Source: Vicugna vicugna (lineage: Eukaryota). Taken from it: a stretch of 64,000 bases of DNA. The position numbers and the translations under genes were made by a program. The notes beneath the pieces were generated by a model that saw only the letters and a program-made list of their open reading frames with translations, ran no database searches and had not been told where the DNA came from. Positions 23,297-33,569 of this stretch are shown piece by piece (the first letter of the stretch is position 1; every line of letters begins with the position of its first letter). The stretch lies in NCBI GenBank assembly GCA_013265495.1, contig MU057887.1, positions 3,321,576-3,385,575 on the forward strand, in the 5' to 3' direction.

Positions 23297-26200
23297 TGGG
23301 TGGGTGGAGAGATAGAGGGAGGGAGGGAGGGAGTGGGAGGGGAGAAGGTGGGAAGGAGGGAGGGAGGGATGACAGCCGGATGGGTGGGTCATGCAAGCGA
23401 TTGTGTTGAAATGGGCTGATAATGAGGTGCTGATGTCCCCTGAAAAAGATGTCACTGTGTGATCTCAGGGGCACCCTGGCTGGCCAGGCCTCGGAGTGGA
23501 GGAGGACATTAAACCCACTGGCTTCGCCCACCGAGACCCCCGGGGCCCTCCTCAGCACCCTATCCCCCTCCCTTTGTCTTGCCCTCCTGCTTCCTCCCTG
23601 CTGTCTGTCTGATTCTTGGTGGTCTCCACCGCTTCACCCGTCCTCCCTCTTATCCCATTCCTCATTAAGGACCCAGTGGACACTGCTTTCTCCTGGACAG
23701 GAAGCCAGGAAGGAACCTCAGTCTGTCCTGTGACACATGGTCAAACAGCCCAGACTCCTCTTCTGAGCCACTCCTGTCCGGCAGCAGCTGCCTTTTGAGA
23801 AGGCAAAGCTCTTCTGCTGGTGAAGAAAAGAGTGGAAATGGGATGTTTATGCAGTTAGCCTGACCCCTGGGCACAGGACACCCCTGTGGCCCCTTTGTCC
23901 CCGCACTCGCCGAGTGTCTCGTGAGCTCACCTTTCCAGGGGGCGCCCTCAGCCTCGCATGTCGGGGATAGAGCGTGCCCACTGATGTGTTTATGTGCGCA
24001 AATGTGCTTTTTAAATTTCTCCCTTTCCATTGTTCACCGAGCAATTCAACCGCTCGTAGGGAAGAAAAGGAAAGAGAAGTATAAAGGCACGTAATTAGTA
24101 ACATATAAAAGAAATGGTAATGAGAGCACAGACAGTGGGGGTGCAGGCGGCCGGCGTGTCTTTGTGGATGAAGGTCTCTGAGCCGTCGCGGGTCCTCTGG
24201 GCTCCTATTAACATGCCGCCAGGAGCCCATTATTCCGCAGATACTTGATAAACACTCCAGATAGGTCTGTGCACGGGCTGTGATGGAAGTGACGCTCAGG
24301 CGTCTGGCGGGAGGTTCCCCCTGGAAGGAGCTCCAGATTTGACGTGTATGGATATTGAAGGATGGAGATATTGCACGTGTCCGGGGGGGAGCGTGCACCA
24401 CCCAGGTCCGCTTCTTCCATGTCAGGGTGGTCTCAATACCCACCTCACTCACCGGAGAGACTCCGCGGGAGCGGGGGCCCCACCCTCACCACAGGGTCCG
24501 CCAGCCAAAGCGTCCGCACAGAACAGAATCAGTGAGGCCTGGGTGAGGGTTGGGGGCCACAGAGGGGGTGAGGGCGACTCCAGTCTCCTGTCCGTCTCTG
24601 CCCCGTGAATGGACAGCCGTGCATGGAGGGCGGGACCCCCTGACCCGCAGACACATTAATAACAGGCTGTAACAATGACGCGGGTGCCTGATGGAAACAC
24701 GTTTCTTTTTTTGGTCGGGGGTGAGTCAGGTGGGAGAACACAAGGGGGAGTTTCAGCCGCCGAATTAAAATGAGTATTGATTGCACAGCTGATAATTAAT
24801 GATGGCAATTTTTGATTAAAAATGAGTTCATTTGGCAAACAAGTGGAGTGTGGCAATATATTACATCTAAAAATAGACCGAGAAGAAAGGGCCTGTCACC
24901 CGCGGGACCACAGTGAGCGCCCGACCCGCGCGCTGAGGCCCCTGCGTCTGAAACGAGCGTCTCTGCGCGGGAGCCCCCGGAGCTCCGGTGCCGGGGGGCG
25001 GGGGCGCACTGCCGCCGCCTGCTGAGAGCAGTGGCGGTGAAGCGCCGGCCACGAGCCGCCGGCCAGAGCGGGGGCCGCGGAGGAGAGCCACGAGGCGTGC
25101 GGTGTTTCTCTCTGGAAGCCCGGAGTCTCGGGTCCAGCAGGAACGGGACTCAGTAGAGTATTAATCTTGGAAGCACTGAAGCGACGGCGCCCCCAGCAAC
25201 GGGCACCTCATCCACACACGTGTGCACATACACACACACGAGGAATAAAAGGCCGTGTTTGCACGGCTCAGCTCAGGTGGAAGTGAGCCGCCTTCTGGGT
25301 CAGAGCAGGACGGCTCCCGGGCCGGGGGAGGGACTCCAGGCAGACCCCCCAGCAGCCCTGGAGCCCGGAAGACAGCGGAGCGAGGTCCCCAAAGAGCTGG
25401 AGGAAAGTGCGGTGAAACAGGGTGGCCGTCCCACGGCAGCGCTTCTGCTCGGGTCGGAGGGACGGGAGTGTTTTCCGGTGAACAGAGCCGAGAGCTTGCG
25501 AGCGCTGACTGCACCACCGAGGAAGTTCAAAGCCACGCACTTCAGGAAAGAAGAAGACGATTTAGGAAGGGAAGCGGGCCACGTGGCCTGCCGGCTGCCA
25601 CTCGTCTTCTTCTGCTCTCTGTTCCCTCTTCAGCTCGCAGCACAGGCTGAGGTCAGTTAGCAGGAACAAGCCAGGCGGTGGCAGCGCCACTCCTGTGTTC
25701 ACCGACCCTCTGCCTGTCCGCAGATGTTCCACGGCTCAACCCCTCACTGCATTCTAGGGCCTTTGCAAATGTCACCTTGGCAGAGACGCCTCCAGCCAAC
25801 CCACCATCACCGGCCAGTCCCTCCGCAGTTTTGTCGTCCGCGGAGGTCGCATGCTGCGCCTCCAGTGTCTGCCTCTGGCCGGGGGGTAGAAGCCCCCCCA
25901 CCTCAGGTGCCGTGCTTGGCCCACGGCTGTCTCCTCACCACTTAGACCAGAGCCTGACACCTTCAGGAGCTTGACGAACCCCCACCGGGTGAGCGAACTA
26001 CCTCACAACATCTTCACAAGCGCCTCGGAGTAGGGACTGTTGGCACACCAACCGTGAAGGCGAGAACCCCAAAGCCCGACAGACCTGGTCACTTGCTCAG
26101 AACTAGGACCTCTGATTGGATCCCAGCCACGTGACTCCAGAATGTGACAGTGTAGGCACGTGGAGACCTGGCCCGTAAGACCACTGGGGCAGAAGCAGCA

Positions 26201-26454
26201 GGGCCTCCCCAAGGCAGGACCAGAGCGGTCCTCCGCCCCCTGCCTTGCCCGAAACACCTCTCATCTCCACGTCCCCCCCAGGCCCTGCCTTCACTGTTCT
26301 CAGGTTGGTGCCCAGCCCTTCCTTTGTTCAGGCTGCCTCTCCGACCAGAACCCTCCCACTAGGAGTGTGCTCCATCCAACACAGCCTCCCCTGAGCCCCC
26401 AGAACCGCCTCAGGTCCAGGTAGCAGCCAGCACGACGGCCTGCTTCCCTGCGGG

Positions 26455-26620
26455 AGGGTCAGGCTCTGCTCTAAGTGCGTGGCATCCCTCGTCTAAGTTA
26501 ATTCCCCCAACTGCTTCGTGAGAAGTCAGAAGCACAGAGAATGAAACGCTTGTGCATGGACACAAAGCCGGGGCCTGAACTGAGACCCAGACATCCCTAC
26601 CCAGAACCTATGCCTTCAGA
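26455..26620 (-). mobile_element. MIR fragment
   Basis: ggctctgctctaagtgc...gaagcacagagaatgaaacgcttgtgcatggacaca...gccggggcctgaactgag. Confidence 0.5.
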
Positions 26621-26722
26621 GCTGATGACCGAGACGGGTGGATGGGTCAACAGATGGCAGGAGGGATGGAGGGCGGGATGAAGGGGTGGATGGAGGGATG
26701 GATGGAGGGAGGGAAGGGAGGG

Positions 26723-27005
26723 NNNNNNNNNNNNNNNNNNNNNNNNNNNNNNNNNNNNNNNNNNNNNNNNNNNNNNNNNNNNNNNNNNNNNNNNNNNNNN
26801 NNNNNNNNNNNNNNNNNNNNNNNNNNNNNNNNNNNNNNNNNNNNNNNNNNNNNNNNNNNNNNNNNNNNNNNNNNNNNNNNNNNNNNNNNNNNNNNNNNNN
26901 NNNNNNNNNNNNNNNNNNNNNNNNNNNNNNNNNNNNNNNNNNNNNNNNNNNNNNNNNNNNNNNNNNNNNNNNNNNNNNNNNNNNNNNNNNNNNNNNNNNN
27001 NNNNN
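26723..27005. other. Assembly gap (283 N) after a GGAT/GGAG low-complexity repeat
   Basis: N run; left flank ggatggagggatggatggagggagggaagggagg. Confidence 0.99.
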
Positions 27006-28251
27006 TGGCTGGCCAGGCCTCGGAGTGGAGGAGGACATTAAACCCACTGGCTTCGCCCACCGAGACCCCCGGGGCCCTCCTCAGCACCCTATCCCCCTCC
27101 CTTTGTCTTGCCCTCCTGCTTCCTCCCTGCTGTCTGTCTGATTCTTGGTGGTCTCCACCGCTTCACCCGTCCTCCCTCTTATCCCATTCCTCATTAAGGA
27201 CCCAGTGGACACTGCTTTCTCCTGGACAGGAAGCCAGGAAGGAACCTCAGTCTGTCCTGTGACACATGGTCAAACAGCCCAGACTCCTCTTCTGAGCCAC
27301 TCCTGTCCGGCAGCAGCTGCCTTTTGAGAAGGCAAAGCTCTTCTGCTGGTGAAGAAAAGAGTGGAAATGGGATGTTTATGCAGTTAGCCTGACCCCTGGG
27401 CACAGGACACCCCTGTGGCCCCTTTGTCCCCGCACTCGCCGAGTGTCTCGTGAGCTCACCTTTCCAGGGGGCGCCCTCAGCCTCGCATCTCGGGGATAGA
27501 GCGTGCCCACTGATGTGTTTATGTGCACAAATGTGCTTTTTAAATTTCTCCCTTTCCATTATTCACCGAGCAATTCAACCGCTCGTAGGGAAGAAAAGGA
27601 AAGAGAAGTATAAAGGCACGTAATTAGTAACATATAAAAGAAATGGTAATGAGAGCACAGACAGTGGGGGTGCAGGCGGCCGGCGTGTCTTTGTGGATGA
27701 AGGTCTCTGAGCCGTCGCGGGTCCTCTGGGCTCCTATTAACATGCCGCCAGGAGCCCATTATTCCGCAGATACTTGATAAACACTCCAGATAGGTCTGTG
27801 CACGGGCTGTGATGGAAGTGACGCTCAGGCGTCTGGCGGGAGGTTCCCACTGGAACCGGATTTGACGTGTATGGATATTGAAGGATGGAGATATTGCACG
27901 TGTCCGGGGGGGAGCGTGCACCACCCAGGTCCGCTTCTTCCATGTCAGGGTGGTCTCAATACCCACCTCACTCACCGGAGAGACTCCGCGGGAGCGGGGG
28001 CCCCACCCTCACCACAGGGTCCGCCAGCCAAAGCGTCCGCACAGAACAGAATCAGTGAGGCCTGGGTGAGGGTTGGGGGCCACAGAGGGGGTGAGGGCGA
28101 CTCCAGTCTCCTGTCCGTCTCTGCCCCGTGAATGGACAGCCGTGCATGGAGGGCGGGACCCCCTGACCCGCAGACTTACCGCTGGAAGGTCAGGGCTGGG
28201 GGCACTGCCAGTGAAAGGCCTGGGCGCGGCCCCGGCCAGGAGTGCGGCCGC

Positions 28252-29161
28252 CTGAGCTGGTGTGGCCCCTGGGGCCCGGGGGCTGAGCTGGGGTGNNNNN
28301 NNNNNNNNNNNNNNNNNNNNNNNNNNNNNNNNNNNNNNNNNNNNNNNNNNNNNNNNNNNNNNNNNNNNNNNNNNNNNNNNNNNNNNNNNNNNNNNNNNNN
28401 NNNNNNNNNNNNNNNNNNNNNNNNNNNNNNNNNNNNNNNNNNNNNNNNNNNNNNNNNNNNNNNNNNNNNNNNNNNNNNNNNNNNNNNNNNNNNNNNNNNN
28501 NNNNNNNNNNNNNNNNNNNNNNNNNNNNNNNNNNNNNNNNNNNNNNNNNNNNNNNNNNNNNNNNNNNNNNNNNNNNNNNNNNNNNNNNNNNNNNNNNNNN
28601 NNNNNNNNNNNNNNNNNNNNNNNNNNNNNNNNNNNNNNNNNNNNNNNNNNNNNNNNNNNNNNNNNNNNNNNNNNNNNNNNNNNNNNNNNNNNNNNNNNNN
28701 NNNNNNNNNNNNNNNNNNNNNNNNNNNNNNNNNNNNNNNNNNNNNNNNNNNNNNNNNNNNNNNNNNNNNNNNNNNNNNNNNNNNNNNNNNNNNNNNNNNN
28801 NNNNNNNNNNNNNNNNNNNNNNNNNNNNNNNNNNNNNNNNNNNNNNNNNNNNNNNNNNNNNNNNNNNNNNNNNNNNNNNNNNNNNNNNNNNNNNNNNNNN
28901 NNNNNNNNNNNNNNNNNNNNNNNNNNNNNNNNNNNNNNNNNNNNNNNNNNNNNNNNNNNNNNNNNNNNNNNNNNNNNNNNNNNNNNNNNNNNNNNNNNNN
29001 NNNNNNNNNNNNNNNNNNNNNNNNNNNNNNNNNNNNNNNNNNNNNNNNNNNNNNNNNNNNNNNNNNNNNNNNNNNCTGAGCTGGGTGTGGGCGGGGCACG
29101 GGGGCTGAGCTGGGGTGGGCGGGGCCCGAGGGGCTGAGCTGGGGTGGGAGGGGCCCGAGGG
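28252..29161 (+). repeat. G-rich ~29-bp minisatellite spanning a 780-N gap (28296-29075)
   Basis: Unit ctgagctggggtgggcggggcccgagggg seen in variant form on both sides of the gap. Confidence 0.8.
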
Positions 29162-30044
29162 CGGTGCGAAGTTAGCGGGTGGGCGCTTCGGTAACAGAAG
29201 CTGAAACCTATGGAACTTCGACCTGAGATTTTAGGGGCCTGCTCTGCGAGGAGCCAAGGACAAGGTGGAGCTGGAACCTTAATTCCTAGTTTCCAGAGGC
29301 TGCGGGTTGGCCTCTGCTTCCACCGCAGGGGCCGCCACTCCTCGGCTGGTGGACGAGCAAGGAGCCACCGCTGAGACTCGTGTGTGACTGACACCGAGTG
29401 CCAGACCCTCGGGGACGTGAAGACACCGCATGCCCCAGCAAATCACGGCTGGTGAGGCAGGGGACACACACTGTTTCGCCCCCGCGTCCGACAGCCGGTC
29501 AGTAGGCACTTCGGGAATGAGTGCCTGGGGAAATAAACGTGCCGATTCACGCGGGGCTGAGCCCCTCGCAGGAGACGCAGCAGGAGGGAGCTTGGCCATC
29601 AACGTTGACTTCGCTCCCCTGTGTGAGGTGCCGCTGTAGGCGGTGGGGCGCAGGAGTGGATGAAAGAGTCAAAAATGAAGTCCATCATAAAGCCTGGGTG
29701 AGGGAGGCGCCAGCAGGCCAAAGAAACAAGCCAGGTGCGCGTTAGGGGCAGGGCTGAGCTTTGCGAGGACAGAGCCAGGAGGGGAGGGGCGCTGTGTCGT
29801 ATGCGCGGTGTGTGTGCACACGAAGCGGCCAGGGGTGTCCTAGGATGGTGGCCACTGGTCAGAGCCTCGCAGGAGGCGGCGGTGACTGTCAGGAGGCAGG
29901 TGGACACGCATCTGCAGACGAGTGTTCCGGGTGGAGCGAGGCGCCCGGGTGTTTAGGGGCAGCAAGGAGGTGTTTTCAGGCTGGTGGGGGCCAGAGGGAG
30001 ACCCCTCCCCACAGCCTCCACGGCAGCGGCAAAGTGGTGGGAAT

Positions 30045-30330
30045 AACTGTGCAATCTTGGCTGAGGACGTAAAGTGAAGACCTGGGGAGCTGGCATCCAT
30101 CTTCAACAGGAAGACGTGCTCGGAGAAGGACCCAACGTCCAGCCAAGGCCTGTTTAGGTTCTGGGGACCCCCGGGAGCCAGGCTACCGCACCCCTGCTGT
30201 CTGGGAGGTCCCAGGGCCCGTCCAGGTTCCCACGCACTCACCACGGACTTGATGGAAACACTCACAGATGTGGCACCTTATACAGTGACTTCAGTGTCCA
30301 TCTGGAGAAACCCACATGGAACCAAGGACA
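30045..30330 (+). mobile_element. Ancient L1 ORF2 fragment
   Basis: ctgaggacgtaaagtgaagacctggggagctggcatccatcttcaacaggaagac resembles L1 ORF2. Confidence 0.4.
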
Positions 30331-33300
30331 CGGAGGCTCCGACCCAGGACCAGGGTGGATCCACACTCCGACACGCAGGCCCTGCTAGACCCACAGACAT
30401 AGCAGGGAGGGAACCGTCCCCACCAGGTCCCTCCGGCAGGCGGAGGGTCACTCAGTAGCTACCGCAGGGCTGCCCCCGGGGGTGATGAGGGCTGGGCCCC
30501 TCCATCCAGGGCTGCATGGGACCCTCAGCTGGGACCCCACCCACTGGGGCCAGGCCGCTGCCCATCCTGGACGCATGCATCCCTGTGAGACAGAGAACGG
30601 GGCACTTCTGCAGAAGTGACGCCGAATTCCGGCAGCTGCTGTGGGATCTCAGCTTCTGGAGTTTAAGCCTCCCGCCTGGAGCCAAGAGCGGTCGGACGGG
30701 CAGGCAGAGGCAGCTCCCGTGTTCTGCCCGGCCAGGTGGGCGCTCAGGCCGGCTCGGGCCCCCACAGCTCCTCTCTTCCCTCCCTCATCCTGGTTCCCAG
30801 GACCACCGCCCCATCCCACGGGGAGGGGCAGCCACGGTCACTCCTCCCACCGCGGCTCAGCTCCTGGGCTTTGCTCGTCGGACGACGTGGGTCCCAGGCT
30901 GAAGACGGCGGCTTCTCTGGCATCCCAGGTCCCTCTGCGTCCGCATCCCGGACTCCCCGGACCTCCTGGTTGCTGCCCAGAAACCGAAGTCCCGCCTGGA
31001 TGTAACACTGATGTCCGTGTCCAACGCGCTGCCCGTGGGTCTGTGTTTCCATTTGTCCTTCCTCAACATCCTGGAAACTGGAGGTTAGTACCTGCAATAA
31101 ATTGTTGTCTCTCTCCTGCCCGTCAGTGTAGCTGGAGCTTGGTCCCCGTTACGTCCCATAAACAGCGGCCGACAGACCACAGGCAGACGGAGAGGAGGAA
31201 GAGCAGAGCCCACATCCCCACCTCACCCCTCGGACAGTGCCGACTTCCGCGCCTCTCCCAGTGCGTGCACGTGATGTGCGTGTGTGCTTAGCCGGGAACG
31301 CTGCCCTCGGGTCACTTCTGTTTGGAAAAGTCCATGCTGCTTCCCTGTAAGACATGAAAATAAACATAATCGATGTCCATCGATACGTTCAGTAGTCGAC
31401 TGTTGAGAACCTGCATGTGCCTGGCACCTGTGTCTGGCTGGAGGACACGGCGGGGACAGGTAGGACTCGTGGTGCTGGCGGCTCTGGGTCTCCTGGGACC
31501 GTGGGGGCAGATAGGCCTCCAAGCCACCCCTGGGAAGCAGTGCCAGCGAGTTCCAGCGTCAAAGCAACCTGGCGTCTGAGAGGATCCTCAGCCCGGTAGT
31601 CCGTCCCCTGTGCTCCGAGGCCTTCTGACATGCTGGGGCACCTGCATGCTCTGGGCTTCCCCGACCCGGGGAGGGGTGGACTGTGTCCCGGGGACGGGAC
31701 GCTGCGAGGAAGGCTCCTCTGCAGACATCCGAGGGCCCACCTCCCAGAGCCAGACATGTCATTCTGTTTGCCCCTGGTTTGAAAATTTTCCACCCAGCTC
31801 ACTGTGCTTCCCCAGAGAACTCATAATTTGTGGAAAGAGCCTGGGAGATGCATATTTTGGTTGCTCTAAATAAAATTTACTGGCATATGCAGATTTCATG
31901 GCTAAGTGCCTGTTTTAAAAAAGCTTCCATCATGCTATTCCTCCCCTCCTCACGGGCTGTGCCGTATTATCTAGTGTAATTAGATGTAGACTTTCAGTCA
32001 ACCCTGTGCATCACTTCAGCCATTTCAGAAAAATGAAGGCAACTTTCCAAGTGTTTTCCACAGTGTGATGTGGTGCCCGGGGACAGCGCTGGGCTTGGAG
32101 AACCTTCTTTTCTCTCCCGGATGGGGAGCCCCTCCGGCAGCCCCGGGTACAGGGGATCCCCACTGCTCAGAGCAGGCTGACCCCTGGCCCCGATGCCCAC
32201 CCCACCTGGCCCTCCCTCTGTGTCTCCGCAAGGACGATCCTGGTTTTGTTTCAACTCTTCTGAATTCTACCCGCATTGCCCAGACAAGAAGGGGGAGGGG
32301 AAAGGAAGGGAGAAAACCCAGCCCGTGAGTACATGAGGCTGCAGTGCGTTGGGGCCCTGCCAAACCCGTTCTGTGAGGAGCTGTTATATCAGATTTCTCC
32401 GCAAGAAAGAAACAAGGAAATGAGTGTGCAGTTGAATCGGAGACTAAAATTAGCCATCTTGAAAAACGAGTCTCCGATAAATGCAGCCAGGATTTATGGC
32501 TACAAGTACAGGAAGCACAGATGGCATGTGATGGTGTTTTGTCTCCGGGGGGAAAATACTCCTTCTGCGTTAGGACAGCAGCATCCGAGGCTCAGGGATC
32601 ATGGCGCAGCCTCTCACGCCGTTTTGTACACACAACCAGCAGGTGATGGGAAGACGCCAGAATCCCAGAGCCGGCGCCCTGAACGGTCGTTGCGGCCAGC
32701 CCCCGGCCTTCGGGTGACTCACAGCTTCCCTTGGCACAAGGAAACCTCTTCCGGTCTGAGAAGCCCCCCCACCCCAGGAAAGGACACCACACCAGTGGAC
32801 GCCGCTGCCTTCACAACGTCCGCGCCCAGGTGGCCCGTCGGCTCGCTGGCAGGACCCGTCTGCCCTCCGCACGTTCTGTCCTACCCCGGCCTCCCCGGGC
32901 TCGTAGGGGAAGCCGCCAAAGCCACAGCTGGCACGCGCACATCTACCTCCTGCTGTGTGCGGGGGTGTTGGCCCGATGTAGACTCGGTTCTGTTCAGTTA
33001 TTTCCTTCAGTCAATCAAAGACATAGGATGAATGCCCGCCTGAAGGACAGGTAGCCCCTGCCTCCAGGGTCGCAGGTCTTCTGAGTGGTGGTGGGCACGA
33101 GCCTCTGGCAGCAGCAGCAAGCGAGTCTTCTTTTCAACCGAAGAGTCGTCTGTGCAGGGCTTTGTGCACGCCGAGTCCCCGCGTGGCCAGACCCCTCGTG
33201 GCGGAAGGCAGCCGGCGTGGAAGGGGAGCCCCAGTGTGGCCGCCCTTGCCTGGAGGGTTTTCCCGCCTGCAAAGCCACCCACCAGTGACAGTTTCCTTTT

Positions 33301-33569
33301 GGCCATCACGCCCTCTTATTGCGAAGGGACGGCTACAGTGAACCCCGGCGGGTCTCACGTAGGTGGCCATCCAGCCCGGCCATGGGTCGGTGCGCAGCCG
33401 GAGAAGCAAGCTCTGGGCGAGGTCGCGCAGGGTCTGTGTCTACAGCTCCTGCGGGACCACATCTCCTGAACTCTCCCTGATTGGCGAGACTTCGCACTGA
33501 CTTTTTTTCCAACTTGTTCTTTAGTGCCCCCCGCATAGGACACTGACACAGAGTCTTGGAATTATTTGC

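Larger units (their letters stand above)
19900..24652 (+). repeat. Tandem duplication, copy 1 (4753 bp including N gap)
   Basis: Aligns to 24654-28175 at offsets 4754, 3366, 3529 and 3523; matching ORF-track translations at those offsets. Confidence 0.95.
24654..28175 (+). repeat. Tandem duplication, copy 2 (lacks copy-1 20555-21942)
   Basis: Junction ...cccgcagac-a-cattaataac... in gap-free sequence; internal junction ...gagcag|gacggctc... at 25308/25309. Confidence 0.95.

Noticed and set aside
28171..28185. Minus-strand GTAAGT donor overlapping the duplication end (another at 58645-58650)
   Set aside because: Six-mers occur several times by chance in 64 kb and no partner acceptor or exon was found
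28252..29161. Immunoglobulin switch region or CRISPR array
   Set aside because: No Ig constant-region exons recognisable in the window, and the units are contiguous without unique spacers; an ordinary minisatellite
28009..29394. Long ORFs of 270-461 aa
   Set aside because: Artefacts of reading through N gaps (also at 22934-23558 and 26616-27262)
32276..33031. 251-aa ORF with a more protein-like central stretch
   Set aside because: The stretch coincides with an AT-rich non-coding-looking island; no recognisable homology or convincing splice sites
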